64,000 nt of DNA from Orbicella franksi. Lineage: Eukaryota. Where the stretch lies: positions 4,526,001 to 4,590,000 of the forward strand of contig OZ116707.1 in assembly GCA_964199315.1 (NCBI GenBank), given 5' to 3'. The position numbers and the translations under genes were made by a program. Shown here in pieces: positions 23,081 to 35,769 of this stretch. The number at the start of each line of letters is the position of its first letter. Position 1 is the stretch's first letter. Below the pieces are notes generated by a model. The model saw only the letters and a list, made by a program, of their open reading frames with translations, did not search any database and was not told the DNA's origin.

Positions 23081-24620
23081 ATATGTGGTTTAGATTGTTT
23101 AATCTCATCCGAAATATGTTCCTAACTTTTGTTCTGCTAATGCCATAGCTTTGAAAGCATCTCCACCGATGATGATTTTTCATGTCAACATTTCCAGTGA
23201 AGTTTGCAGATTTCAAAAAATTAACAGTGGCATCAAAGTTGGTCGATTTAAAAAAATCAGCAGCCGTTTTGAATGTCATTTTTCCATTTTCGAAAGTGTA
23301 TGGATTGTCATAAACATCTGAACTGACATCATTCTGTTTTCCCTCGATTCCATAAACAATCAAATAACTACGAACCTGAGCTCAACTGTTTGCAATACCC
23401 TGACACCTTACATTACTGAAAATTCTTTGAGGAGCTGTTGAAGAATACTTAATGCATGTGAACGATGGATTGACTGTATCTTGAAAACAATTTTGTTGAT
23501 TGTTGACTAATATTCAGTTGAAGTGAAATAACTGATACTGTTACTTTGTCCATAACTGGTGGGAAGAATTCAACCACTTAAGTGTACTCACCATTTGGAA
23601 GCACAAAAATATTAAAACAAGTCTAGATGAATACCAGTTTTGTGCACCTTTTTCCATTCTAAAACTGTAAGCTTTTTTATTCACATCATGAGGTGAACCA
23701 GGAAAGTCCATGATACCATCAACAATGATGTTATTTTTGCTCAGTGACTCATTAACATCTTCCATAATGTATCGGAAAACATCTTTTTTACTGTCAGAAC
23801 TTGTTATATGTGACTCATTTATCTTTTTGGTAAAACTATCAGTCAGCGTTGTAATCATAGCCCCTTTGACTTGGTTTATGTATATAACATTAGTAGCTGA
23901 CAGCACGTGGGAGTCAGTGGATAAGTTGATAATTTTGTTGTTGTTCATGTCTAAATCAGCAGCCATTTTATTTGAACTATTGAGTAAAAGAGCATTACCA
24001 CCACCACTACTATTTGCTATTTCTGTATCGACATATCCTTTAGTCGCTCCATTACTGTTTTGTGTTGGTGTTGCTAAATTTACCAATTTATTATTCCCCA
24101 CATCTAAATCAACATTCATAGAAGTTCCGCCATTTATGTTCAATTTTTATTGTCTACTTGTTGTACTTTATCCGATAATTCAGACAATGCTTGTTTTGTT
24201 CCATCAATATTCGTTTGAAGAACCGAATCAGTGTTGTCAACAAAAGCCTCGTTGGTTTTATCGGCAGTAGCAATGTTTTGCTTACCAGTACCAACATAAG
24301 CCTTGCTGGTTTTATCAGCAGTAGCAATATCTTGTTTAGCATTTTCTGTATCAACATATTTTTTGGGAACAAAATCATTATCATCGTGTAACCCATCATA
24401 ATACAGCTTGAAATTGAACACAAAATAACACGAAAAGTTCTGCCGTTAATGTGCGTGCTGCTTGCAAGAAATGTTACAATGCAGGGACACTTCCGGTTTG
24501 ATTGTGAAATTTTATTCTGACAAGCATCACCTGCTGTTATTGTTAAAATAAATGACATATATCTTTGCTGGGAATTCACTCTACTTTTTTTATTGGTGAT
24601 CGGGCTTCTTCCACGGTAAA
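23037..24620 (-). pseudogene. Polintovirus/phage tail-fibre-like protein gene, frameshifted and interrupted upstream by Tc1
   Basis: Repeats of DVGNNKLVNLATPTQNSNGATKGYVD, DMNNNKIINLS and FVPKKYVD, plus KDVFRYIMEDVNES...NKKAY. Pieces lie in ORFs 24140-24421, 23541-24143 and 23037-23363. Confidence 0.75.
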
Positions 24621-24655
24621 AAAAATAAACTTACAAAGAATAATGCCTTTCTCAT

Positions 24656-25736
24656 TTAATACCTTGATCGACCTCCTTTTGAAGCTAAGACAGCATCAAT
24701 GCGCTTTAACATACTTTCTATAGTTTTATCTATAAGTTTGACATCAATGCTTTCTAGTGTACAAAGAACTCTTCTTTTAAACTGATCGAAAGTTTCCTGA
24801 GTAATGTTACACGACTCAGTCGTGTCGCAACATATGAAAAACATTCTCTATCAGGTTGAGGTCAGGGGATCGGGGAGGAATTTTGTGCAGTTTTCCTTCA
24901 ACCTCTTCCATAGCTTCGCAAGTAGGTCTGCTGTTTTGTGAGGGATCATTGTCCATGACAAAAAGATGTTGTCCGTTTGTTTTTGGGCCAGCAGCAGCAA
25001 AGCATAAATTGAAATGGTCCCTTATGAACTGTGAGAAGAACCGGCCATTCAGTTTTTCATAAGGTTCTCTTAAAATGACACCTTTGCCATGAGCAATTGC
25101 TACTAGTAAGTGAAGTCTTCGTCCACCAGCCAGATCTTTTGAGCCTTTTGCAGTTATTTGGAGTCCTTCGCCTTGTTTACACCATACTCTTGCCTTTGGT
25201 GATGCCGAGTTATTCAATGGATTTCGCTTATAAACAAAAGAAACTCCGTCCAGATAAAACGCGATGTCTTTTTTCCAGAAGTTCAGATTACTCAACAACT
25301 GACGTTTCATTTGCTTAGCGTATTTGAAACGTTGTCTTTTGTCTTTCTCATTCAGCATTCCTTTTTTTTGTGCCTGGAGAAAATAATAAGCATTCTCATT
25401 TAAACAACAGGAAAATGTTCTCTCACGTGCCAGCTGAAAGGTAAATCCACTTTCTGTCACTAACTGTTTCATGGTAAAGTTAACATTCATGGTTCGCATT
25501 CTATTCAGAGTTTGAAACAGGACTCGTTTGTCTCTTTCCGATATTTTCCTGGGCGGTCTTTTTCTTGGTTGAATCTGGTTTTTCGTATGTAGCAGCTGAT
25601 GACTGCATATTCACCAAGCGGAACTTTTCGATATTCCGCAGTTGTCTGCTATGACTTGAAATGATGCATTACATTCTCTCCTCAAGTACAAAGCGTAAGT
25701 TCTCTGCTTAGCTGTTATGATTTTGGAGAAAACCAT
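24656..25736 (-). mobile_element. Tc1-family DD34E transposase, near full length but disrupted
   Basis: ATG at 25736. HTH region, then FYLDGVSF, VMDNDPSQ...PRSPDLNLIENVF (34 residues between D and E), and C-terminal IESMLKRIDAVLASKGGRSRY*. One stop and one frameshift. TIRs not located. Confidence 0.9.
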
Positions 25737-27299
25737 TCCTTTCTAAGTAGCAAGATATCACAAACATACAAATCTGTTCTGCTCAACTCAGTGTATTGCT
25801 TGTTTATTGCTTGTTTATTGCTTGTTTAGGTACTAGCTATATATACACACAGGCCGTACAGGAAACGTGATTCTCAAAATCTCGAGAAAAGCTGTTTCGA
25901 CGGGCAATTAAGCGTTCTTACATGTTACAATAAGGTGCATGTAAAACGTCTCAAAATATGTACAAAATCATAAAACAGGAAAAATTGAAGCATGTAAAAC
26001 ATTTATTCGTGGTGCTGAAGGCAATGCGATCACAAATTAAAAGAAAACACGAATCCTTTTATAGGGTTTTCCCACTGAACATATCATAGTCTCAAAAGTC
26101 CTTGGCACGGCTGGATCAGATAGCACGAAAATGTGTTGACAAGCTATTTTGGAAACAATAAGTAATGACAACACTGGAATAGGAAACCCCCTTCCCCCCT
26201 AACAATGTTGGAAACGAGCAATGACGAATTCATCATGATGAACAACATGGAATCGGGGGGAGGGGGCCAAACTGATAAATTTCCCTGACAGATACTGCAA
26301 AAGTGGGCAAGCGTGCCAAGAGTTTTGTCGGGGATTGTAGCTATACTTCAACAAATGTTACATACCTCAGGTTCATTGCCAGCAGAAGAAGCCAACACTA
26401 CCTCTTCGCCCTGAGAATTTGCGTCCATAATATTATGTCGCTAAATCCCACATTGAAGTAGATCAATGCACGTGCTAAAGGCTTAGCAGCCATGCCTTTG
26501 TGTAGGAAAGTGACGTACTGTAGGATTCCATTGCCATATATCGTGCATTGAAAAACATAGTAATAGTGTTACTCTTTTTGTTGTATGTCTGATAACTATT
26601 CTGTTAAGCTATCCTTCTTAGTTTGGGGCCACTTGACATACCCTTTCATTACCCCCATTTAGATCTGAGTAGTCATATTTCCTAGGTTTCTTTGTCTGAA
26701 AGTGACTGATTTTAATTAGTGTAAGAAGTAATGTTTTGTAAATAAGTTACGTGCCTTCTGTTTCTTCAGGGTTTCAGTGAAGAGTAGAATTTTGCGAAAA
26801 GTCAATATGACAATATATATTTACATATAAAGACAGTGCAAAACGATTCAATTGTGTATTAGCCATTTTCCCCAATAAATAATATGTTGAAGACGTCTGA
26901 AGAGGTTTGCAAGTACGAAAATTAAAGTTGCAAAATTTCCGAGAGGGGTAGCCACTTTATCTAAATCCAAGGGGGTACCCTCTCAATAAATGATATCTGA
27001 GGGGGGGTTTCAAGTCATACTTCAATGAAATGGCCCATTGGAACAATTGTCACTGACTGCACCCTCTAAGAAATGATTTTCAACTATGAGGTAAGTTTTA
27101 TACACACATTGCCATTAAGGCAAATAAGTGTCGGCTTAACTTCAGAGTAACCTGTCTACGTATTGAATTTTTCTCAATATTCAATTATGTCTTTCATTTA
27201 GGAGCATGTGTGCATGTGCACAACATCTGTATCGAATGTGACGAATGCTATTCAACTTTAAGACAACAAATTAACATTTAAGCGTCTATCTACTGGTCA

Positions 27300-27375
27300 A
27301 GATTACAATGCTGATGACAGAATTCATGATCAATAACAGGACAGACGCATGAAAAACTGATGTCAATTTGTTAAA
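27300..27375. repeat. Arm of a palindromic MITE
   Basis: GATCAATAACAGGACAGACGCATGAAAAACTGATGTCAATTTGTTAAA, recalled as an abundant coral repeat; not verified. Confidence 0.45.
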
Positions 27376-27456
27376 CATAAACACTGTATTTTCCTGGTTT
27401 ATGTTAGATCACTTTTTGTGACATTTTTCAATTCTGCACGAAGAAATTTGGTTTAA

Positions 27457-27765
27457 AGAAAAGCAAAGATGATACACCTCAGGAGGAAAGCAATGAGCGG
27501 TGATCCAGATAGTCCCACTGAAAATCCTAAACCTACATCAAAGTTGAGAGGAAAATTTCTTGATGATGATCTTGATCCAGATAGCCTTCCAGAAAATTCA
27601 GCAAACATAAAGAAAAAGACTCCCCACAAACCCCTACCTTCCTGGTGCAACAGTGATGAAGACCTGCAAATTATTGAGGTTAAGCGAAGCACATCTAAGG
27701 AGGAGGATTCACATTCCGATAGTGAGGAATCTACTTCAGAGCCCATGAAAAATCCCTTTAAAGGG
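27457..27765 (+). pseudogene. Isolated acidic/Ser-rich exon-like segment
   Basis: Open for 99 codons and ends at an AAAGG|GTAAGT donor. No family recognised. Confidence 0.3.
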
Positions 27766-28071
27766 TAAGTTAATGACAACATTGAATTATAGACACCTTT
27801 ATAGCGTACAGATCTGTTGGTTATCGGTTTCTATATACATTGAACAAGAAGCTTTCTTATCTCACTATCTTATGGTCACTTGTACAATACAGTGAAACGA
27901 TATTCATTTGAACCTCAAATTAACCCCTTTTAAATTCAAACATATATTAAATTACCAGCTATTGGATTAGTTCAAGTCAAACAGTAGTAATCATGAAGTG
28001 TTGTCTGTGGGAAACATATGGTCTTCAGTATATACTTATCCTTTTGGAATAATTTATATTCTTTCTTCCCT

Positions 28072-29517
28072 TTATTGTTTGGCAGAGATCCATAGAAGAA
28101 ATCCAGTATTCATGTTTTTGTTTTCTAAAATTAACCTCTGAAGGACTAGTTTGGTGGACAAAGAACCACATGAAAGGATTCCTTGGTGTTTTGAACTATA
28201 TTCCACATCTACATCAGCGTCATAGATCTCAAGCCTACTTGGTAACTCATTAATTGTGGGCTGGATACTGATGTCAAGGTTTTCTTTGTAAAATATATTT
28301 CCATGTTCAACAACAGCTTCTAATGTAACTGACTTCCAATTACTACATGGTTTGATAATTGAAAAACAGATACAATAAAAACATATGGCACAGTTCTTTT
28401 TTGCATTAGTTTCCATAGTAACATCTGCATTAACTGCAGCTGTTTGACAGGTCACATTTTGATCATTGGATGAGAATGGCTCATTGTCATTATGAACAAC
28501 TTCATTTTCTGATACAGAAATGTGTAAACCTTTAAGCTCAAATATGGCATCAACAGTATATGAAGTCTGAAAGTATTCCACTAATTTATTCATTCCCTGG
28601 GCATGCAACAATACACATGTTCCTTGAAGATGGGCCATACCAAATGAATCTCTAGCATGGGAATCAAATACTTTAAATGTACCATCTAAAGTATGATAAA
28701 TTGCTACAGTAGTATTCTCTATTGTCAACAGGACTGAGTTATAGGTTTCTGCTAGTAAAGTGTGCAAAGCCCTATCCAGGGGCATGGAGTAAGGAAAGTC
28801 TTCAATTGAATAATTGCTGTTTGCATGTAGCCTGCAAGTATAACTTTCACTATACTGCAGCTTGTAATTAGTGTCGAACACTGTAATCATTGTTGGTAAC
28901 TCTGTTAACATCAAAAAAGAGTTTCTGGATATTCTTGATAGACTAGAATACAGTTCATTACCAATGTTCATAATTTCAACCAAGTCTTCTGCAGAAGTAA
29001 TTGAATTCTTGTTGTTATATATTAGACTACATAAAGACATGGCTACACATTGCTGTCCAGCATTTTGACCAAACACTGCAACATTACCTTGACAATATGG
29101 TGCATGGAGTGTTTGAGAAGGAACAACTGAAACTGGCCCTGGATTTTTTTCTATATCCATACAAAGGCTTGATTGGCAATAGTTGACTCTGTGATTCAAA
29201 TTCTTATAAACCCGTGATTCTGTTGAAATATCTTTACTTGATGCATTTGGAAATCTACCGTTTCCTTTCAGCTTAAACTTCAGGTTAGCAGTCTTACGAT
29301 TTCCTCTGCGTGATGCTACAGCAAGATGAGATTTCATTCCCACGGAGAAAACTCGCTTTTTTCTTAGTTTAACCTTATGAGAAGATCTGCATTGAACGGT
29401 GTTATAACTGTAATCAACAGTTGAACGAGCACTTCTAAATGTAGTATAAAGATGAATTCGAGATGACCGTGGTACATTCCTGATAATGTGTTTTTTTCCT
29501 GCTTTTTTGTAGAACAC
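28072..29517 (-). CDS. 481-aa ORF: basic leader, 2A-like StopGo motif, peptidase C76 (herpes tegument USP)-like deubiquitinase, and the start of a second degenerate C76-like module; probably a Helitron2/Helentron 5' ORF, 3'-truncated
   Basis: DIEKNPGP at 29157-29134, then YCQGN...GQQCVAMS (oxyanion Gln, catalytic Cys) and FKVFDSHAR (Asp-His). The second module begins NCAICFYCICFS...W....L..V...GN..Y. Confidence 0.75.
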   Translation of the reverse strand: MFYKKAGKKHIIRNVPRSSRIHLYTTFRSARSTVDYSYNTVQCRSSHKVKLRKKRVFSVGMKSHLAVASRRGNRKTANLKFKLKGNGRFPNASSKDISTESRVYKNLNHRVNYCQSSLCMDIEKNPGPVSVVPSQTLHAPYCQGNVAVFGQNAGQQCVAMSLCSLIYNNKNSITSAEDLVEIMNIGNELYSSLSRISRNSFLMLTELPTMITVFDTNYKLQYSESYTCRLHANSNYSIEDFPYSMPLDRALHTLLAETYNSVLLTIENTTVAIYHTLDGTFKVFDSHARDSFGMAHLQGTCVLLHAQGMNKLVEYFQTSYTVDAIFELKGLHISVSENEVVHNDNEPFSSNDQNVTCQTAAVNADVTMETNAKKNCAICFYCICFSIIKPCSNWKSVTLEAVVEHGNIFYKENLDISIQPTINELPSRLEIYDADVDVEYSSKHQGILSCGSLSTKLVLQRLILENKNMNTGFLLWISAKQ

Positions 29518-30142
29518 GAGTAAGCCGTTTCACTGAAATTCTGCTTGGTTCACGATCACATCGAACTATATGGCAGCTAGCCTTAACACGATGATAATAA
29601 ATAAACTCAGCATATTGAGATCTACAGTCCTTTATTGAAATAGACTTGTCTTTGCCAAGTTCTGAGCAAGAATAATTACGGTCATTATTCACTTCTAACT
29701 TGTTTACATAGGAATTCTGGCATTCAGGTTCTGAGTGGTACATTTTAGTGCAATCGATTTTTGCGCAGGCATTCAGTGCACTTTCATAAGTTTGGCATTC
29801 AAGGTACCTCACTGGCATTCAACTTTTATTTGTATTCGGCCGATATGAGGGCTAGAATGTTGCAGTGTTTGAGAAAAGCTACAGCACAACTCAAAATCAT
29901 AACAAAGAAAACACAACACTTGAGCTTACCTCTACAAAAGTGTTCGCTCGCCAGTAAACAGTATTCCACCGATCTTTTCCACCAGTACTTTTCCACAAGT
30001 TTTTCCACGAGCGTGGCCTGTCACATTGAGCACGTGATAGGTCCGTGGAAAAGCTCGCCAGCAAAGCGCCCTGGGATTACGTCACACTATTGCGCAAGAA
30101 TGCAGAATTCTGGCAACGACTACGGATCAAGCCGAATTTTCA

Positions 30143-30183
30143 ACTCCTGCCCTGGCCCTGAGGGCCTGGGCCGGAGTAATAAT
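30143..30183 (-). other. GC-rich hairpin with TTATTACTCCGG end; putative Helitron2 5' terminus
   Basis: ACTCCTGCCCTGGCCC-TGA-GGGCCTGGGCCGGAGT forms a 16-bp stem with 2 mismatches, about 650 bp upstream of the C76 ORF. Confidence 0.5.
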
Positions 30184-30214
30184 CAATTCTATGTGGGGCT
30201 CACCTCAACTGGTT

Positions 30215-30412
30215 GGTCTTTATCAGTGGTCCTAAAGGTAATTATTTTTCTGTTTGAAAGTAGCAAAACTTCTTATGACCCCCCCTCCCCTCCCTGCAAA
30301 ATGGTCAAAACTCTCATGACCCCTTATTCCCACACCTAAAACGTTTTAGTCCCCCCATGATTTCACTGACTCCCTTCCAAACCATAACTAGTAAACACTC
30401 CCTTATTCTTAT
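30215..30412. repeat. MITE-like fragment (C-rich subterminal, ...ACTCCCTTA end)
   Basis: ATGACCCCCC repeats and a terminal CACTCCCTTA. Confidence 0.4.
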
Positions 30413-30449
30413 AAACCTTTTTGCTATAGTGTAATTTACATTGATTGCA

Positions 30450-30670
30450 GGAGAAGGCACAGATGTATGGTATTGACTGGAATGGGCCCATTTCTGAAGA
30501 CAACAGTGAAACTATCCAAGTTCCAGAAATACCATGTCCTCTTGCAGATAATCACTTGCAAGATCTTAGGGAAAATATCAACCCACTTAGAAACAGTTTC
30601 TTCCGTGGTGTGGATATTTATCTTGAGACAGTTGAGTTCCTTGAGGAAAGAACAAGAAACAACATGAGTT
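30450..30670 (+). mobile_element. C-terminal exon of an IS3EU/integrase-core-type transposase
   Basis: After a GCAG acceptor: MYGIDWNGP...VPEIPCPL...INPL...GVDIYLETVEFL, recalled as the C-terminus of these transposases. The DDE core is absent. Confidence 0.55.
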
Positions 30671-32199
30671 GCAATGTTCAAGCACAAAACCTGGGCAATA
30701 TAGCTATAACGGAAGCAAACTGCATGCCTCCTGGTTCTGGATCTGGTGTGGACCTGAACAACACAATTCCAAGAACCCAATTCAGTGCATTGGTTTTAGC
30801 AGATCAACCACCTGGGCACCCACCTGCAGCATACTTTGATCAATGATTTGTTTATTGAACTGTTCACTTGTGTTTTTGTGACACACAGTTTTGTTTGGTT
30901 ATTCTAAATGTCTGCATTTCCAATTTCTCATTTTAAGGATTGTTATATAAAAGGTCCAGAATAACAAATAAAAGTTTGGAAGTGAATTGTTCTCTTTACT
31001 GAACCTGATTGTTAGTTTTCCTCATGAAAATAATGAGAAGAGAAGCAACACAATAATGAAACTTTTTATTTTCATAAGATCTGGGTTTTCGACAAAAGTA
31101 ACTATTACAGATTCTAGCGTGTAATATAAAGGAACTCACTCAATGTTTCAGAAATCTACCTTATATTATTCAAGATAAAATGAAAATGAAAATGAATCCA
31201 TTCACATGCTAAACAATGAAACACAAGGTAGGATTTACCCTGGCTGCACAATTCCCATACATGCACTACCACAATTTTTTTTGTTAACAGCGAACAGTCA
31301 CTGATCATTAGTGTGGAAACTGCTCATCTTACCATCATTTATGGATTGCCTCCTGTACACAGGAGGCAAATCAGTATCTGACTCTTCAGAACAACTAAAA
31401 AAGTGAAATAGACTGTGTTAATGAACCATATACTTATGCCCATGTGCAAGCTTAAAAGGAATACTTTTGTGAAAAGAAAATATGTTGAAAACTGTAGAAA
31501 TGAACTCAAGTTAATCTGAATATCTAGTAACAGAAATTTTTTCATAATGCACACAGTAATCACTGAGTCATTTATTTTAAGCCAGTGTCTTACTAGAACA
31601 GACCAACAGCAAATGCACCACTTGTGTTCATAGCATTTTGCTATTACAAACAATACCATGTCAGTGAATGTCGATCGTGATGAACTGATGTAATATATTT
31701 CACAACAGAAAAGGTACTCTACTATTATTATAACTGCTTATAATTTTTGGAAAAAAATAATGGAGTTTATTTACAATGTTCTTGTTTTTCAGGTGCTACA
31801 ACAGCAAAGTTTCTGATGTCAACTTCACTAGAAAAAAGAGATATTTCGTTTAAAAGTTTAAAAATAATTTAATCCATGTTGAGAACCTTTTACATACAAA
31901 TTATAACAGTCTCCCAAAATAAGAAACTATTTCTCAGAAAATACTTCTGACAATAAATACATGTACATGCAACTCTTTAATTTTAACTGTTATCACTACA
32001 CAAGAAAACTGTAATAAATATGGAAAAAATAAATTATGAACATGTAACTTACAACACAAGATTGTTATTATATGTTCATCACTAAAGTCAACCTCCAAGT
32101 TTGAATTTAGCAGAATTATACAGTAGATGTATAAGGTAGTTTCATTTTCATCCCTAGTTCAAACACTAGTGGTCATCGATGACTTCAGATGGTTAAATT

Positions 32200-33078
32200 G
32201 ATCACACTGCAAAAGTGGACCCCTCCTGAAAAAAACCCGGACTCATTCCAACTGCAACTGAAGATAAAGACCAGCATGCAACTGATGCTACACTTGGACG
32301 CTTTGAGCAAACTGGTCTTCCAGCATTTCTACATGGTTCTTGGAAGAATACCTGTAAAATCATCAAGATACAAGGGATCGGACCGTGCCCAAACAACAAA
32401 AGTAAGATGACGGTGATATCATTAACTGCTGAAACAAGTCACACCATTCAAATGCTCGCCCATGGCAAATTTGCATGTTGTAGTTACTGCCCCCATTTCA
32501 AAGAGTTCTCAATGTGTAAACACACACCATTGCAGTAGCAAGCCAAACAGGAAAGCTGGTTGACTTCCTGGGGTCTTATGAACCACCTTTTGAATGGATG
32601 GTCTCCTCCAACATACCTTCAGGATCAGGCAAGAAAGACAAAGAAAAGACTAAGAAAGGACCACCCCACAAGGGATGTTCAGGAGTACAAGGAAAGAGTC
32701 GCCACTGGAAGCCAGGAGAGAGAGGAGGAAGAAGAAGCACCATATGAGTTGGTTTTTGAGAAAGACACAAGCACCACCACGTGCTATGGCTGTAAGGGGT
32801 GGGTGCAAGATAAGCCCTCATCACGACCGCCTCCTCCCCCATTTGACCTCTTCACACGACATTGTGAGAGAAGAACCTATAAGAAACGTAAAAGCAAGAT
32901 CAGAATCAGCAGAAATCCAGAGTTGGTCTATTTCCATCCTACCAAAGCATCCTGTGCTGGCCTGTCATGGTCGGTTATTAGAGAGGGAAGATTTAGTGTG
33001 GACAATGACACTAAAACACTTCTTAATAACAACCATAAGCAACTTCTGTTCACTGAGTTTGGCTTCTCTTGCGACTAA
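32200..33078 (+). mobile_element. C-terminal part of a SWIM-type MULE transposase; decayed
   Basis: SWIM-like CCSYCPHFKEFSMCKHT and C-terminal CYGC...PPPPFDL..RH.ERR...VYFHP...C. Paralogous to the 36967-48550 element. Confidence 0.65.
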
Positions 33079-33363
33079 CAGAACTTAGTTTGCCTAAGGG
33101 AGTGTGAGACCTTAACCTCTGAACTGATACAACATTGTGTTCCTTGTTAGCATCCTTTGTTTTAAACCAAACAGTTAAGTGCTACAATGGTGGGAATTGT
33201 TAAATAGAGGAAAGTCTAGGCCCTGCTATATTTGATGATTGGTCCAATGACCGCTGTGTCTGGACTACAAATCAAGGAAATGAACTACTCTTTGGTGAAA
33301 ATGCTGGAAACCAATATGTTGAGTTGTCTCATCAAATAGAATATATTAATTTGCAAACTTAGT

Positions 33364-35118
33364 GTTGTGATTGGCATTTCTCCATGATCACGTTATGTAT
33401 TCGCTCTTTACAGAATAAATTAGTGTATGTTTGGATTCACTTGAGGCTGGTCTGCACATTTGGCAATGAGACATTTCATTCTGGATTCGTACAGGAATGG
33501 CAACCTACGGAAAAATAGGAGAATTCAAAGAATCAGAGGAATCATGGACCCAGTGGGTGGAGTGGTTGGAACAGTATTTCCTAGCGAATGAGGCGGAAGA
33601 TGTGGCGAAACGTCGAGCAATTCTACTCAGTGTTTGCAGGAGTAAAACGTACCCACTTACAAGGGATTTACTTCAACCAGCGAAGCCAGTGGAAACAACT
33701 TTTAAGAAGATTGTACACACACTTCAGAAGCACTTTTCACCGAAGCCAAATGAGATAGTGGAGCATTGTAAAGTTCATAGCCGAAATCAAAACAAAGACA
33801 AAGGAGTTGCGGCATACATGGCAGAATTGCGTAAGCTAACCAAACATTGTAACTTTGGCGAAACATTACCAGAAATGCTATGAGATTGGTTGGTCTGCGG
33901 TATAAATAATAAGAAAATCCAGTGGCAATTACTGGCGGAATGAGAGTTGACGCTCAAGAAGGCTGAGGAGATTGCTTTGGGAGAAGAGTTAGCAGCAAAG
34001 CACATGGTTGGTATTCAGTCTGACACGACCCCCAGCAGCGTTAATCAGGTCGACGCTTGAGACAAGAAGGGAATTAAAGAGCGCCATCCAGATTCAGAGT
34101 GTTACCGTTGTGGGGAGAAACATAAAGCTTCAGCCTGTCGATTTAAAGGTCCTCAGTGTTTTAAATGTGGACAACGAGGGCACATAGCCAAAGAGTCGTG
34201 GTGAAAAAAGGGAGGAGAAAAAGATGGGCAAAGGAATTGATTCTGGAACACGGGAAGGTAAACATACTGGTTCACAAGACAGCAAGCCAAAAGGGGAAGA
34301 AGAAGCAACCTACACATTTTGTTTCCGGGGAAGAAGGTGTTTATGCAGCAACAATGTACCACATTCGGAGACAAAGCAAACCCAAGGCATTCAAAGGGAC
34401 TGAGGAACTTTGTGGTGAACCACACAAATTGGACATAGACACTAGTGTGACCAGAACCATGTTGAATGAAGAAACGTACAACAAATTATGTGACAAATTG
34501 GAATTGAAGAGTTTCAAAGGCCGCATTAAGCACATACACAGGAGAGAAAATACCGGTGTCGGGTGAAGTACTGATTCCTGTCAAGTACCAGAATCGACCG
34601 CATAATTTACCAGGCATGGTGTTGAACAGTCCTGGACCCGATTTACTTGGATGGGACTGGCTTCAAGTGATTAAGCTTAACTGGAACAGTATTTTTAACA
34701 TCCAGGAGGGCAACCCTCAGCTGCAGAAGATCCTAGATGCACACAAGGACGTTTTTGGCAAAGGACTGGGTACACTGAAGGGCACAGAAGCCAAAATCTA
34801 TGTTGACCTAAGTGCTCTACCCAATGTCAGGAAGCCTTGCCCTGTGCCGTATGCACTTAAAGCGAAAGTCGAAAAGGAACTGGATCAATTGCAGAGCAAA
34901 AGCATAATATCTCCGGTAGTGTTCACAGAGTGGGCGGCACCTATAGTTCCAGTGGTGAAACAAGACGGATCAGTGGGTATTTGTGGTGACTATAAGTGTA
35001 CTGTTAACCAAGTCTCAAAGTTGGATAATTATCCAATCCCCAAGACTGAGGACTTGCTTGCCACACTAGGAAAAGGAAATAAATTCACCAAGCTGGATAT
35101 GTCACAGGCATACCAATC
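33364..35118 (+). mobile_element. Gypsy (Ty3) LTR retrotransposon, 5' part: short LTR remnant, PBS, gag, protease, truncated RT
   Basis: TG-initial LTR-like segment and PBS-like TGGCAATGAG at about 33461. Gag MATYGKIGEF...; knuckles CYRCGEKH and CFKCGQRGHIAKE; protease-like DTSVT; RT EWAAPIVPVVKQDGSVGICGDYK...KLDMSQAYQ. Many stops. Confidence 0.92.
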
Positions 35119-35164
35119 ACCATATACAAAAAACAAAGCACCAAAAAACATGGTCAGTAGAAGA

Positions 35165-35270
35165 AAAAGTTATAGTTTGGTTACCTTTTAATCCTGGGTT
35201 AGCGTTAACCGGCTTCCGAACAATCCTGCCCTGTTTTCAACAAGTTAACCTGACATGAGCGGAACATTAA
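35165..35270. repeat. MITE fragment (TAACC/GGTTA motif family)
   Basis: CCTGGGTTAGCGTTAACCGGCTTCCGAACAA, recalled as a Harbinger-like MITE end. Confidence 0.35.
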
Positions 35271-35769
35271 TAGCTCAGTCTGTAACTGGACAGTTTGGAA
35301 TGGGACAGTATGTGTCATTTTGTGTGTGCTCTTAGGTTTCTATTTTCATTCATGTCTTTCATATTGAATTACCAAGAGCAAAGAAAGCTAGCAAAGTGGA
35401 CTATATTTTTATAGGGCTGTGTAAAAACAACAAGATGTTTTCAAGGTTGGTTGCTTGGTAGTGGTCTCTTCTATGCTGTTCTTTTTTCGTACATGTATGT
35501 TACATGGTTAAGATATATATTAGCTAACAAAATGAAACAGCAAGGGAATGGTCTGAAACAAGTAAACTTGAAGAAAGTTGTTTAGAGCTAGACTGTCCAA
35601 GCATTAGGTATGTCATATGTTGTCATCATAGTGCAAAGTCTCCAAGCCATCAAACACCACCACTGACAATGGACATAATACTAGAAATTTTACTTACAAA
35701 TTTTCTTAGTTGTGCAACACCTACTTTGCAGCCATTACAGACACATTATTGTTTGCAACATTGTTCCTT

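Noticed and set aside
23710-24270. 186-aa plus-strand ORF
   Set aside because: It is antisense to the fibre-like gene.
22164-24620. Bacterial or phage contamination, suggested by the tail-fibre repeats
   Set aside because: The region is interrupted by a eukaryotic Tc1 element, is pseudogenised and is contiguous with spliced animal sequence, so an endogenous virus fits better.
25737-26140. TIR pair for the Tc1 element
   Set aside because: No matching inverted end with a TA duplication could be found by eye, so boundaries are not reported.
29761-30339. 192-aa plus-strand ORF
   Set aside because: It crosses the putative Helitron2 terminal hairpin and an adjacent MITE, so it is probably a chance open frame.
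31250-31800. Possible HECT C-lobe exons on the minus strand
   Set aside because: No catalytic-Cys motif could be read with confidence.
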